Virus record (IMG/VR): IMGVR_UViG_3300033153_009397
Span: 16,004 to 80,003 of that record
From: a virus
Length of the DNA: 64,000 nucleotides
Strand: one strand, 5' to 3'
Made by a program: the position numbers and the translations under genes. The notes beneath the pieces are model-generated. The model saw only the letters and a list, made by a program, of their open reading frames with translations. It made no database searches and was not told where the DNA came from. This document shows, piece by piece, positions 1-10,303 of the stretch. Positions within the stretch are counted from its first letter, which is position 1. Every line of letters starts with the position of its first letter.

Positions 1-1434
1 ATCTAGCTCTCTGTCCATGTTCTCAGTAGCCTTATTAAGATTCTCAGCTTGAGCAAGAAATTGTCTGAGTTGAGGATGTAATTCATCTTCATCATAGTAT
101 TCTGACCTACCAAACTCTTTACGAGCTTCTGGCAAAGTAAGAGTACCAGCAATAAGTTCTTCTCTAACTCTTAATCTTCTATTAGGAATATTCTCAATTT
201 CATTATATCTAATAAAGGGTACTTCAGCATATTGTATTGGGGTAATTTCATGAACAGCCTTTCTTCCATTAGCTGTTTTTAGGTCATTAGGATGAAACAA
301 AAAGATATCTCGCAAAACCTCATTAGTAATCATTCCACCTATATAGTTTTGTAGAACCATTATTCTTCTTCTGAAATACTCTTCTGTAATTTCATCTGTC
401 TGCCCAGAAGTAGAAGGAACTAATCCAAGTATAGTAGCTGGAACACCTAAAGTAGTAGAAATAGCTCGTATTTGATATTCCATAAACCAATCAGTATCCA
501 TAACTTTATCTCCACCAGAAATAACTTCTGCCTTAACTCTGCCGTCTACTGCTATGTCAGAACCCATAGATAATCCTTGAGAAATACTAGTTGCTATTCC
601 TTCCATATGTTTTCGAGGCATGGGATTATCAGCATCACCCATATACCATACAGTGAGTGGTCTTGCCATAGTTCTGATAATATCAGCAGTATCACTTTCC
701 GCACCAAGTAAAATATTAATAGAAGTACGAATAGGTCTCATCAATGACCTACCATATGCTCCTCCAGTATAATCTCTTCTTTTGAAGTGAACCACATTCT
801 CTGCTGGAACCTTAATAAGCCACTCATCTCTATCTCTTTTATTAGACTTCCCTTTAGTAACACCAGCTCTTGGAACAAAATATGAACCTTGTACATGTTC
901 AATCTTCGAAACGTCTTGTACATATGTTTTAGGATTTCCCCATTTATCCCTCTCTATCTCAACAGTATGAGGATGTACGAGTTTCAATTTCTTTATTCCC
1001 CATCCTCCTTCATCATAACTTTTTTCATCATAAATTTTCTCTACAAAAGCATCTCCCAACCCTTCTACACACAAAGCTATCTTTTCTTTAAGACTTGTAA
1101 GATTTACAAATCTACTCCACAACCTTAAGAACTTTAACTTCTCTTTATGTCTGTCCTCCAACTCCTCGTCATTGTCAAATCCGAAAGTATATCCGTATGC
1201 TACAGTTACACTTGCTTTGAGGTCTAAACATGCCATAACTATTCCAACGGTATCCATGGCTTCTTCATATTTTAATATATTATCTTTCCTAGCTTCAGTA
1301 AATCGTATATACTTTTTTGGAAGAATAACCAATTTTCCTTCGTTTCTTGGTCTCGCTTGGTCAACAAACCACTGCTGATTCATTCTTGTACCCAAGTGAG
1401 TAGCATATGGTTCTGGATACTCTTTTTCATTCAT
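1..1434 (-). CDS. Phage portal protein (partial; runs off the left window edge)
   Basis: Absent from the ORF track because there is no stop in the window. My translation from ATG 1434 gives MNEKEYPEPY...LGDAFVEKI...KLKLVHPHTVEIERDKWG...VPAENVVHFKR...AYGRSLMRP, matching portal motifs G(N/D)A(F/Y), xxIHF and YGxS. Confidence 0.8.
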   Translation of the reverse strand, partial: MNEKEYPEPYATHLGTRMNQQWFVDQARPRNEGKLVILPKKYIRFTEARKDNILKYEEAMDTVGIVMACLDLKASVTVAYGYTFGFDNDEELEDRHKEKLKFLRLWSRFVNLTSLKEKIALCVEGLGDAFVEKIYDEKSYDEGGWGIKKLKLVHPHTVEIERDKWGNPKTYVQDVSKIEHVQGSYFVPRAGVTKGKSNKRDRDEWLIKVPAENVVHFKRRDYTGGAYGRSLMRPIRTSINILLGAESDTADIIRTMARPLTVWYMGDADNPMPRKHMEGIATSISQGLSMGSDIAVDGRVKAEVISGGDKVMDTDWFMEYQIRAISTTLGVPATILGLVPSTSGQTDEITEEYFRRRIMVLQNYIGGMITNEVLRDIFLFHPNDLKTANGRKAVHEITPIQYAEVPFIRYNEIENIPNRRLRVREELIAGTLTLPEARKEFGRSEYYDEDELHPQLRQFLAQAENLNKATENMDRELD

Positions 1435-1529
1435 ATCCTATTTTTCAACTTAAGATTACTTAAATCTGTCTGTTAAATTTAGCTAAATATAATCGTAATG
1501 TTTAAATATATTTAATCCCACGTTACACC

Positions 1530-2072
1530 ATGAAACGAATAGAGGTAGAAAAAACCGACCTTAAAATATTACTTTCAACAGCAAAAGAAAAAGAAAAGGG
1601 AGTAGAATACTATCTATGGGATAGGGGGTATCTTATAGGGGGTAATCAACATCTAACAGAAGTAGATGAAGAAATAGTAAGAAAGATAATGACCCCCACC
1701 GAAGAATTACCAATAAAATACAAAACATGGACACTGAAACCTACCAGTTTTATTCATTCAGAAGTAATGAAACGTGCTATACATATTATAAGGTTAGAAG
1801 ACCTTCCGTCGTACGGGAAGGTACCAGAAGGATATTTTTTCATATCAAATCATCCAACAGTATTTGACGCCCATTATTACGACGCAGAAAGATGGTATGA
1901 AATTAAAAAAACCCAGTGGAAAGTATGGATAGATAATGAAGTGTACGAACATTGGAAAGTATATCTTTATTTTCCAGCTAATCATCTTTATGACCATTCC
2001 CCCCCATTCGTAGTAGATTATAGTGTTATCCCAATACCAGTAAAACCAATAGGAGGAAACAAAAATGAGTAA
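1530..2072 (+). CDS. Hypothetical protein
   Basis: 180 aa ORF about 29 nt downstream of a TTTAAATA box at 1501, so probably leaderless. Confidence 0.7.
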   Translation: MKRIEVEKTDLKILLSTAKEKEKGVEYYLWDRGYLIGGNQHLTEVDEEIVRKIMTPTEELPIKYKTWTLKPTSFIHSEVMKRAIHIIRLEDLPSYGKVPEGYFFISNHPTVFDAHYYDAERWYEIKKTQWKVWIDNEVYEHWKVYLYFPANHLYDHSPPFVVDYSVIPIPVKPIGGNKNE

Positions 2073-2268
2073 AACACCACAACACCCTCCCCAACCTATT
2101 TATTGTTGTTATTGTGAATCACGTCAGATACTTGAATCTAACGTTCATTTTAATACCAGATTGAAGTGTCCAAGATGTAAGACAGAATTTCAATGCATAG
2201 ATAGTGGAGTGGGAGAACTTCATGTAGTTATTAGACAACCAAAAGAAGAAGAAGTACCAAGGATGTAG
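2065..2268 (+). CDS. Small Zn-ribbon protein
   Basis: CxxC...CPRC; GGAGG RBS upstream. Confidence 0.65.
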   Translation: MSKTPQHPPQPIYCCYCESRQILESNVHFNTRLKCPRCKTEFQCIDSGVGELHVVIRQPKEEEVPRM

Positions 2269-2276
2269 GATGTAAT

Positions 2277-3122
2277 ATGACTATTATATATGGAAATTTC
2301 TATGATGTAATGTATGATAAAATAAACTGTGAATCTATTGACCACCTTATAACCGACCCGCCATTTGGTATAGAATTAAAAAGTAATCAAAGCTCGTACA
2401 ATAGAAAAGATGACAATGTAATAGGAGGATATATTGAATGGAGCAAAGAAGATTATTTTTCAAATATGAATGCGTTGCTATCTAGTGCTGCACGAGTATG
2501 CAAATCTACTGCTAACATAATAATATTCAGTAGCTGGAATAATCTACCTATCTTTTTCAAAGCTTTCAACAATAGATGGATAAAAGATATCTATAACTAT
2601 CAAGGAAATATAGTATGGAAATACCAATTTGGAGTAAGAAACAATTCAATAATAACGGGTCATTATCATATTCACTGGTTGACTTTTAGAACAAACAAGA
2701 AACCTATTTTTAATAGAGACTGTAGATATCCTCCAATAAGTGAGGAAAATAAAAGATTATCATATGCTGACAGATACAGTGTGTGGAACATAAAAAAGAA
2801 ATATAGACGAAATGTAAGAAAATATACCACAGAACTCCCATCGGAACTATGTGATAAGCTTATTCAATATTTCACTAACGAAGGGGATATAGTACTAGAC
2901 CCATTTGCTGGAGCTGGCAATATTGCTGTTGCAGCCAAAAAATATGAAAGATTGCCATTATCTATAGAACTTAACCATGAAGTTATACCTTACCTTATGC
3001 ACAAAGTATATGGTAAATCAATATTTGAGGGATGGCCCACTTCAAAAATAAAATCTTATTTAGAAAAAAATCCTATACAACATTCAAAACAATTGGAGGA
3101 CAGACAATGTTTAATACTATAA
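2277..3122 (+). CDS. DNA methyltransferase, N6-A/N4-C beta class
   Basis: Catalytic DPPF motif N-terminal and SAM-binding VLDPFAGAG C-terminal. Confidence 0.9.
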   Translation: MTIIYGNFYDVMYDKINCESIDHLITDPPFGIELKSNQSSYNRKDDNVIGGYIEWSKEDYFSNMNALLSSAARVCKSTANIIIFSSWNNLPIFFKAFNNRWIKDIYNYQGNIVWKYQFGVRNNSIITGHYHIHWLTFRTNKKPIFNRDCRYPPISEENKRLSYADRYSVWNIKKKYRRNVRKYTTELPSELCDKLIQYFTNEGDIVLDPFAGAGNIAVAAKKYERLPLSIELNHEVIPYLMHKVYGKSIFEGWPTSKIKSYLEKNPIQHSKQLEDRQCLIL

Positions 3123-4204
3123 GCGTTAATATTATTGTAAATAGAGAAAGGGGATGTCACAATTTACTTCGAGGGACAATTTCTTGGCTTACTGCTCTGA
3201 AGAACAATTATCTTCCAGAAGGAGCAATAGACGAAGTTCTCGTAGCTTGCTCAAAAAGCGAGTTCGTAAGAACAAAAAAAATGCTCATTCCAATAAAAGA
3301 ACAAGGAATAAGAGTAGAAGTCATACCAAAAGAAAACGTAGATATAGATAAAGCCGAGACCAGAAATAATTTAATGAGGGTATCTAGAAATAACCTTATT
3401 CTTTTTTTAGACCCTACAATATTGATAGGGAGTACTGCAAGATTATATATTCAACAAGTAGTAGAAGGTAAATTAATGAAAAAAAGCAATGAAGTCTTAG
3501 TTACTAAAAACTTGAAAATAGGACTAGTAGACTTATCCGGAAAGTTTTCTTCACTACATATGTTGTCTACTACTCGAGCCATTTCATTTATTGAACCTAA
3601 ACCGTACCAAACAATCAATAATCATCCACTGTTATTCTACAATTTATACCCAGATAACTTATGGATAGATTACATACCACCAGTACTCAGAAATGCTAAA
3701 TATCCAGAAAGACTTGATGCTCCGGAAAAAAGAGTGGGTCTTTCAACAACAAGACAGACATTTGTAAGAAACGTAGAAGATGAAGAATTAGAACAAATTA
3801 TCTGTTCTCTTTCTCTTGACTTTTCCAGAATATCTTCTACTTACCTATATCTTGAAGATTATATAGAAGAACATACAACCATAGAACCTTATCATACTAC
3901 ATACAAAACTTCTGGTAAAGTATATGCTTGTAACATTACTCTTAGATATCCTAATCCTTATGAAATTCAACCTATCCTAAAAAGGCTATTCTATGGTTCT
4001 GATGCTTTCATGCATTATATGAACTACAGATTAAATCTCTATCTTTCAAATACTTATTCTGATATAATTGTAGATATTAATAGAAGACCAAGACTTTACC
4101 AGTATGGTCATGATGAAGGTTTATTTGACTTTCCTCATGATGGGGACAACTCTCTTTTTGCCGAGATGCCTCGTGTATATGATTCAATTAATCCAAAGGA
4201 GTAA
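3107..4204 (+). CDS. Putative GT-A-fold glycosyltransferase-like protein
   Basis: RNNLMRVSRNNLILFLDP resembles the GT2 'RN...ilflDxD' segment. Start moved to ATG 3107 behind GGAGG. Confidence 0.4.
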   Translation: MFNTISVNIIVNRERGCHNLLRGTISWLTALKNNYLPEGAIDEVLVACSKSEFVRTKKMLIPIKEQGIRVEVIPKENVDIDKAETRNNLMRVSRNNLILFLDPTILIGSTARLYIQQVVEGKLMKKSNEVLVTKNLKIGLVDLSGKFSSLHMLSTTRAISFIEPKPYQTINNHPLLFYNLYPDNLWIDYIPPVLRNAKYPERLDAPEKRVGLSTTRQTFVRNVEDEELEQIICSLSLDFSRISSTYLYLEDYIEEHTTIEPYHTTYKTSGKVYACNITLRYPNPYEIQPILKRLFYGSDAFMHYMNYRLNLYLSNTYSDIIVDINRRPRLYQYGHDEGLFDFPHDGDNSLFAEMPRVYDSINPKE

Positions 4205-4208
4205 AATC

Positions 4209-4394
4209 ATGAAAACTTTACTTATTATATTTGCAATTATCTATACGGGCTTAATCTTTGGATGGTTTCTAATTTTGTGGATAAAATTAATAAAAATAAA
4301 AAGAAGAATTATAGCAACAAATGAGTGTTATGGATTACTGGAAGATTTAGATGACAAAGCATTGGAAGCTTATGAAGAATGTATAAAGAGATGA
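4209..4394 (+). CDS. Small membrane protein
   Basis: N-terminal hydrophobic helix; ATG directly after the previous stop. Confidence 0.6.
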   Translation: MKTLLIIFAIIYTGLIFGWFLILWIKLIKIKRRIIATNECYGLLEDLDDKALEAYEECIKR

Positions 4395-4400
4395 ATAAAA

Positions 4401-4610
4401 ATGAAGTGCCCAGTTTGCGAAAAGAAAATGATTAAAAAAGCAGAAGAAGATTATAAAACCTTCTGGATTTGTAGTAATGAAGATTGTTATATAATTACCA
4501 TGATATTAACAACCACAAAAAAGGTAATTAAACTAGCAAATAGAAGTATTATAATTCAATCCAATGATGTTACAGACGACGTAGTTAGAGGTTTAGATGA
4601 AAATGAATAA
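4401..4610 (+). CDS. Zn-finger protein
   Basis: MKCPVC...CSNEDC. Confidence 0.65.
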   Translation: MKCPVCEKKMIKKAEEDYKTFWICSNEDCYIITMILTTTKKVIKLANRSIIIQSNDVTDDVVRGLDENE

Positions 4611-4680
4611 CTACGAAGATATATAGATTACGAAACTCACAAAAGGAAGACCACCAATGAAGGGTTGTTTATCTTTATTT

Positions 4681-4995
4681 TTACACTCTTTTATTTCCAT
4701 GTTTATATCTTCTTTTCTTATTTACCTCTAATTTTTTCACTATTTCTTCTCCTATGTTTATGTTTAATCCAGTCGTTAGGTCTAATAATCTAATCATTGT
4801 GTCTGCTATTTCTTCTTTGAAGTTTTCAAAATCATAATTTCTGTATGCTTCCAGAGCTTCTGATAGTTCTGATACACATAACATCAATTTTGTTGGAATA
4901 AAGTTTTCTAACTTATTCCATGCATTTTCTGGAAAAATCCAACCATTTTCGTCATTTATTTTTCTTATTTCTTTTTCTATCTTTTCTAGTTCCAT
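4681..4995 (-). CDS. MazG-like nucleotide pyrophosphohydrolase
   Basis: SELSEALEA...EEIAD pattern (ExxE...ExxD). Confidence 0.8.
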   Translation of the reverse strand: MELEKIEKEIRKINDENGWIFPENAWNKLENFIPTKLMLCVSELSEALEAYRNYDFENFKEEIADTMIRLLDLTTGLNINIGEEIVKKLEVNKKRRYKHGNKRV

Positions 4996-5456
4996 TTTTT
5001 TTCTACCTCCAGCGAGTATAGACTTAACGCTTCATCCACTCCATATCCTTGCCATTCATCATCTTTAGAAAGGTTTGGGATGTTTTCAACGTATTTTGCC
5101 TTTGTTCTCCATTGGTGTCTACATTTTAAACATATCAAGGTACTCCACTTACTCGGGTGGGGTTTCCCTTTAGGATGCTCTGAATAGCTAACATTCTTTT
5201 GACGTAGCATTACTCTATAATGACTTTTAGAACAATTATGTTTCTTTCTTTTTAACACTAATTTTCCCCCAATATTTAACACTACCTTCCATAAAGGTCT
5301 ATCAGAAGGAAATTTTACTCCTATTGCTCCACTATTAAACAATCTTTCTTTTAATTCCACATCATTTATCTTTGCTTTTATTCTTACAGTGTCATTTCCA
5401 ACATACATTACATCATAGACATCAAATTCATACTTTGGCATTATATTGACATACAA
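4986..5456 (-). CDS. Hypothetical protein with a C-terminal Zn-binding domain (paralog of 9867-10086)
   Basis: HPSKWSTLICLKCRHQWRTKAKYV. Confidence 0.7.
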   Translation of the reverse strand: MYVNIMPKYEFDVYDVMYVGNDTVRIKAKINDVELKERLFNSGAIGVKFPSDRPLWKVVLNIGGKLVLKRKKHNCSKSHYRVMLRQKNVSYSEHPKGKPHPSKWSTLICLKCRHQWRTKAKYVENIPNLSKDDEWQGYGVDEALSLYSLEVEKKWN

Positions 5457-5460
5457 CTGA

Positions 5461-5495
5461 ATATATTTAAATGTTACCGTTACGTTTAAATATGG
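5461..5495. promoter_or_regulatory. Divergent archaeal TATA-box pair
   Basis: ATATTTAAATGT...GTTTAAATAT between divergent ORFs. Confidence 0.6.
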
Positions 5496-5498
5496 TAA

Positions 5499-5732
5499 AT
5501 GGTATCGTTAATAAAAGGTAATAATGGAGAACAAAAAATGAAAATGAATAAAAAAGACCCTCTAACAAGAAGGATATACGAAGTTATAAGAGAACAAGAA
5601 GAAACTTCTATAGCTCAATTGTATCTCAAATTCGGAGAAGGAAGAAGAGAAGAGGTATATAACAGAGTGCTAGAGATGATTGACGATGGAGACATCTATG
5701 AGTCAAGAGAAGGAATTTTTAGGGTGATATAA
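5499..5732 (+). CDS. Winged-helix protein (resembles the MCM C-terminal wH)
   Basis: LEMIDDGDIYESREGIFRVI wing motif. Confidence 0.55.
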   Translation: MVSLIKGNNGEQKMKMNKKDPLTRRIYEVIREQEETSIAQLYLKFGEGRREEVYNRVLEMIDDGDIYESREGIFRVI

Positions 5733-5953
5733 TGGTAGGAGTAGATAAAAGCCACGTAGAAATATTGTCTTTTGAAGATAATGGTATAGTAACAAGAACT
5801 TCTCTCCCGTGTAGAATGTGTAATTGTGACGAAGAAAGTGCTGGAGAGTTTTATTTTACTACTGGAAAGATAGTAAAAACACGAACATACGGAAAGATGT
5901 TTGAAGTTAGATGTAAAACTTGTGGAGATAGAATATTTACAAATATTAATTGA
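5732..5953 (+). CDS. Zn-ribbon protein
   Basis: CRMC...CKTC. Confidence 0.6.
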   Translation: MVGVDKSHVEILSFEDNGIVTRTSLPCRMCNCDEESAGEFYFTTGKIVKTRTYGKMFEVRCKTCGDRIFTNIN

Positions 5954-6004
5954 AGGTGAAAACTTGTCAAACAAATCAGCAAATGATATAGTAGAAGGAG
6001 TTGA

Positions 6005-6232
6005 GTGATAATGGTCATGAAAACAATGCAGCCTAAAAACAAAAGAAAAAAATTTGAGAAAAAAGACCCACTATGCATATGTGGACATATAAGAAGTCAT
6101 CACAAGTTTGATGTTGTAGTTATGGATGGTTTTCCCGTCTATAAAGAAGCCATGTGCAGACATATAAACTGTGATTGTAAAGAATTTAAAGAAATAGAAG
6201 AACCAAAAATGGAGGAAAAAGAAAATGAATAA
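6005..6232 (+). CDS. Cys/His-rich small protein
   Basis: CxCGHxxxxH...CxxxxCxCxxF. Confidence 0.65.
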   Translation: MIMVMKTMQPKNKRKKFEKKDPLCICGHIRSHHKFDVVVMDGFPVYKEAMCRHINCDCKEFKEIEEPKMEEKENE

Positions 6233-6512
6233 AAATGAGGGGGACGAAGAATTTATACATTCTGCTTCTGGAACTACATGGACCTCAGATACTTTTTATG
6301 ATTTAACTATAACGCCCTCAAAACAAAAAGTAAGTGCGACCGTACCAGAGTGGATTAAATATATTATTTTCGAAGAAAAGGTAAATCAGCTATCTATTAC
6401 ACAAACAATTATCTCAAAAGATATGATAATTGACATGCTTAAAAAATACCAGAGAAAGATACATCGAAAAGAGAAAATCAAAAAGATAATCAAAAAGATA
6501 ATTAAATGGTGA
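6225..6512 (+). CDS. Hypothetical protein
   Basis: Overlapping operon ORF with GGAGG RBS. Confidence 0.6.
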   Translation: MNKNEGDEEFIHSASGTTWTSDTFYDLTITPSKQKVSATVPEWIKYIIFEEKVNQLSITQTIISKDMIIDMLKKYQRKIHRKEKIKKIIKKIIKW

Positions 6513-7069
6513 TAAAAATGGTTAGCTTAAAAGAACTGGAAGAAAAAGACAAATTAAAAATATTAATTGAATATCTCAGAGCTCTCATCATAAAAATGGG
6601 TGGTCATCCCGTTCTTCTAGAAGAGTATGAAAATCTCCAGATGGCTCGTACAAGATACCTCAGTGTACCTACAAGTTGTTTAATTGATGGAGAAATACTC
6701 GATGAACTTGAAAAAGAAAAGAAAGAAGTCCTTTTTCCTATATCTCTCGATGAAGCAATAGAGAATCGGCTTTTTGGAACTACGCCTAAGTCTATCAAAC
6801 GGATTAGACGTGAACTTAATCAATATACAAACAGAAACAAGGAACTGTTAGATGAAGAATTAGAAGCTTATGATAAGCTAAAAAATGATGATAATTTCTC
6901 AATTCCAGTTAAAATTGATATGCGACTAAAACTTATTCACAATCTATATACTAGTAGGTTGGAAACCAAACCAGAATTTGACCAAGTACTACTCCAAATA
7001 AAAGAAGATTTAGATAGCGTCATTGCTAGAACTAGGGAAAAAATGAAGAGTGAAATAAATGAAGCTTAA
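6506..7069 (+). CDS. Hypothetical protein
   Basis: 187 aa in-operon ORF. Confidence 0.7.
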   Translation: MVIKMVSLKELEEKDKLKILIEYLRALIIKMGGHPVLLEEYENLQMARTRYLSVPTSCLIDGEILDELEKEKKEVLFPISLDEAIENRLFGTTPKSIKRIRRELNQYTNRNKELLDEELEAYDKLKNDDNFSIPVKIDMRLKLIHNLYTSRLETKPEFDQVLLQIKEDLDSVIARTREKMKSEINEA

Positions 7070-7219
7070 CTTACGAGCTTATAGAGGCATAAAAGTCTAT
7101 TTAATACCAACAGTAGCTTTTACATATATAGAAGACTATGGCGGAGAAACAAAATACGTTATCCGGATAGATTTCTATTTCCTAATGTTTAGGATAGTGT
7201 TTCGAGTAAGGTGGGGTAA

Positions 7220-7522
7220 ATGGTCAATAACTTTGTGAACAGAAAAGTCTATCTGCTCTTAGCTCATGACTATGACGAGACCGTGGTTGTGGCAGTTTAT
7301 AGTTCCTATAAACGAGCACATAAAAACATGATTAATTTACTCCCTAAGACTAACTATAGTCTAGCTATTCAAAGCATAAAGGTTAATGGCAAGATAGAAG
7401 AACAAATCTCGGACTATATTAAACCCATAGAAATGAGAGAGGTTTATTGTTGGGAAACAGAAACTGAATCCGAAATTGAATGTCCCAAATTCGAAGATGA
7501 AAAAGTGAAACAAAATGAATGA
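7220..7522 (+). CDS. Hypothetical protein
   Basis: VVAVYSSYKRA segment of a type common in small viral proteins. Confidence 0.65.
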   Translation: MVNNFVNRKVYLLLAHDYDETVVVAVYSSYKRAHKNMINLLPKTNYSLAIQSIKVNGKIEEQISDYIKPIEMREVYCWETETESEIECPKFEDEKVKQNE

Positions 7523-7784
7523 TAGTAAAGATGTTAGAGACAATTTTATACGTTCTATCAACAGTCATACAGAAAAATGGGGTAAGCCCCCTAAATATGT
7601 TGTTGTTGATATATATACCTATTATGAATTGTTAAAACAGTTTTCAGATGTACCAGTCTGGAAGGTACTTGATAGTAAAGCAAAATACAAGATAGCTGGA
7701 GTAACTCTTCTTGACCCAGATGAAGTTATGGTTTTCCAGACGGAAGACGTAAAGGAGAAAGATATCAATGAACCAATATGTTAG
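7515..7784 (+). CDS. Hypothetical protein
   Basis: Overlapping operon ORF. Confidence 0.65.
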   Translation: MNDSKDVRDNFIRSINSHTEKWGKPPKYVVVDIYTYYELLKQFSDVPVWKVLDSKAKYKIAGVTLLDPDEVMVFQTEDVKEKDINEPIC

Positions 7785-8406
7785 TAGTATGCTTAAGAGT
7801 ATGTGTTATAGTGAACTACACGATTTATTCGTACGTTCTAATAAACCCGCCAAGGAGATATCGGAAAGCTATGCTGCTTTTCATCATCTAAAAAGCGTCA
7901 TGGGCGAAGAAATGCAGAAAGACCACTTATTTCTCCATATTGGTGATGGAAAATATTGTCGTACTGCTGCTCTTTTTACTCTCATGTTAGGTATAAAAAG
8001 CACCTCTAAAAATATGTCTATTGACCCTAATATAAACGCAGAGTTCATGAAAGAATGGGGGGAAGGTCCCAAATGGGGTGAAACAAAAAGAATTAAAAAT
8101 TTTACTTATCTCCCTCACAAATGGCAAGATGTTGATTGGAATGAAAAAACTCCCCGTCAACCTTATTCTTATGTTCTTGTTCATGCTCATGTAAACCTTC
8201 GAGAAATGATTGACAAGATAGGTTTTAACGGTTGGTCATATATTTATAGTAACCCTTGCTGTAATATCTCCAATCAAATCTTAAGTCTTACCTACTGCGA
8301 AAGGCACCACATAGACATCTTGAAATGTGGTGCTGACCACAACATTATTTCTCCCAAGAACATGGTCTTTGTTTATCGTAATAATCTTATTCTGGAGCGT
8401 TGGTAA
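7768..8406 (+). CDS. Putative SAM-dependent methyltransferase-like protein
   Basis: LHIGDG motif-I-like segment, plus VHAH and PCC as seen in Methyltransf_32-like proteins. Confidence 0.5.
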   Translation: MNQYVSSMLKSMCYSELHDLFVRSNKPAKEISESYAAFHHLKSVMGEEMQKDHLFLHIGDGKYCRTAALFTLMLGIKSTSKNMSIDPNINAEFMKEWGEGPKWGETKRIKNFTYLPHKWQDVDWNEKTPRQPYSYVLVHAHVNLREMIDKIGFNGWSYIYSNPCCNISNQILSLTYCERHHIDILKCGADHNIISPKNMVFVYRNNLILERW

Positions 8407-8407
8407 C

Positions 8408-8761
8408 ATGCCTAAATATGGTTTCGGTAAAATTCGAACTTTTAAAGGTAAAACCTTTGTTTTATACAAAAAATATCGTATCGATATAATCATACGAGAT
8501 TTAACCTCTGTTCACAATGATATTGACCAACTCAAAGATACTCACAACTATCGTCTTCTTAAGGGAAATTACGTTGTTTGGAGTTGCCCCCCTTATGAAC
8601 ATTACTACCTTTATATCCGCCCCAAAGAACCAAGACTTAAAATAAGGTGGGAAGAATACCATTTTTCAGTTCCCATGTCTGCTACATTCATAGATTATTA
8701 TAATAGAATTTTCTGGAGTAATTCTACTCCTTTATATAAAGAGGTTAATGAAAATGAATGA
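8408..8761 (+). CDS. Hypothetical protein
   Basis: ATG immediately after the previous stop. Confidence 0.6.
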   Translation: MPKYGFGKIRTFKGKTFVLYKKYRIDIIIRDLTSVHNDIDQLKDTHNYRLLKGNYVVWSCPPYEHYYLYIRPKEPRLKIRWEEYHFSVPMSATFIDYYNRIFWSNSTPLYKEVNENE

Positions 8762-9155
8762 CAAGATAATACTAGATGATGAAATTATCGACTTGATTAA
8801 ACCAGCTATATCATCTTATCTGGAAAATAAGCTTATTGGTCTACTTGAAGAAGACGACATTAAAAAACTGGCAGATGACGTAATATATCTAATTAAAAAA
8901 GTATCAGCAGAAGCATCAAAAGGATATTATAAAAACTATCAAGGAGATATCAAAATGAATGAAACAAAAAAAGAAAACAAAAGTTTGTATATGTTAAGTG
9001 ACAGAACACTGGTTAGGTTTTTTAAAAAGAGAATTCTTATTTTAAGTGTTTCTGAAGAAAAAATTGAAAAGGTTTATCTATCTTATGACGAAGTGTGGAA
9101 ACTGTTCGAGATAGTAGGAAGCCTAAACGAATCTGGATGGAGCGAACCTCGATGA
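8748..9155 (+). CDS. Hypothetical protein
   Basis: In-operon ORF. Confidence 0.6.
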   Translation: MKMNDKIILDDEIIDLIKPAISSYLENKLIGLLEEDDIKKLADDVIYLIKKVSAEASKGYYKNYQGDIKMNETKKENKSLYMLSDRTLVRFFKKRILILSVSEEKIEKVYLSYDEVWKLFEIVGSLNESGWSEPR

Positions 9156-9871
9156 AAGAACAAACAATTGAACTAGTAGATAAGGTGTGTAAGAACCTTT
9201 TTGACTACAATAAGAATCTCAATGAATATGCTAAGAAACATGGCATCATTTCTCCTTTGTTAGGTATTGAGATGGGAAAAGAAGAGAGAAGGAAAATGAA
9301 GAAAGAGATAGAGGAAGTGATTGATAAAATTCATTCTTCTATAAGGGATGCTCAATTCTACTCTCTTGAGCTGGGAGAGATACCTCTCACTCACGATGAT
9401 GATAAAAGAGCTATCTACAACCTTTTTACTAATGAGAATATTAATCTCTTTGGTCAGTTCTTTCATCCTCATAAAGAAAAAGAGAAAATAATTAAATATC
9501 CTACAGACAGCCATTATTATGAAAATACTTGCTACAAACGACACAAGATTTCCCATGGTTATCGTACCATTAAAAAAGATGTTATCGAGTTAGCCGAAGA
9601 GACTAAATTTTTTGAAGGCTTTAATGGTATTTTTATCATGATTCCCCCCTTTGATAGGGACGCCTTTGCCCAGATAGGTTTCAACTTCTATCTTCATCGT
9701 GAAGGCTATCCTCGTGACCGTTCTATCCTTTTACCTTTCTCCATTCTCCCTCTTGCCACCCGTTACCGTCTCCTCTTCTACAACGAGCCCAACCTTCTCC
9801 AATTGCTCAATGATGCCATCTTCTCTTCTGTTCAAGAAGTTGGCAACTATGTTTGGGAGGACTACTCATGA
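9152..9871 (+). CDS. Hypothetical protein
   Basis: ATGA overlap with the previous stop. Confidence 0.7.
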   Translation: MKEQTIELVDKVCKNLFDYNKNLNEYAKKHGIISPLLGIEMGKEERRKMKKEIEEVIDKIHSSIRDAQFYSLELGEIPLTHDDDKRAIYNLFTNENINLFGQFFHPHKEKEKIIKYPTDSHYYENTCYKRHKISHGYRTIKKDVIELAEETKFFEGFNGIFIMIPPFDRDAFAQIGFNFYLHREGYPRDRSILLPFSILPLATRYRLLFYNEPNLLQLLNDAIFSSVQEVGNYVWEDYS

Positions 9872-10086
9872 GCGGGGGTAAAGCTTGTATCTGTGAGGGT
9901 CCTTTCAAAGAGAAATCCCAGAACTGGGTTATTTGCCACTACCGACACAATCACTCCTATTTCAACGCTGGTCCCCGAGGTTCTTGGCACCCCTCTGACT
10001 ATTCTTCTGTCCACTGTAAGAAGTGCGGCCATTACTGGCGTACCAAAGCCAAGTATGTCGATAATTTGCCCCTCGAGGACTGGTGA
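9853..10086 (+). CDS. Zn-binding protein (paralog of the C-terminal domain of 4986-5456)
   Basis: HPSDYSSVHCKKCGHYWRTKAKYV. Confidence 0.7.
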   Translation: MGGLLMSGGKACICEGPFKEKSQNWVICHYRHNHSYFNAGPRGSWHPSDYSSVHCKKCGHYWRTKAKYVDNLPLEDW

Positions 10087-10090
10087 TTAC

Positions 10091-10303
10091 ATGAAAATCA
10101 AAGACTCTGATAAAAATGAATTACTTGACAAAGTTGTCGAGCATTTCAAGGATGTACCCCCTTCTCCCCGTGTGGTCTACCGCCAAGCTTGGGTCTGTAT
10201 CAACTGCTATACTGAACCCGACCCTAAACATTTGAACTCTGACCTTCTCTGTCCTATCTGCGGAAAGTCTTTAACTCTCCGCATAGTAACTTCCGCACGG
10301 TAA
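10091..10303 (+). CDS. Zn-finger protein
   Basis: CINC...CPICG; GGTGA RBS before ATG 10091. Confidence 0.6.
   Translation: MKIKDSDKNELLDKVVEHFKDVPPSPRVVYRQAWVCINCYTEPDPKHLNSDLLCPICGKSLTLRIVTSAR

Noticed and set aside
741-1378. Short ORFs 741-923, 889-1128 and 1172-1378
   Set aside because: Shadow frames inside the portal gene.
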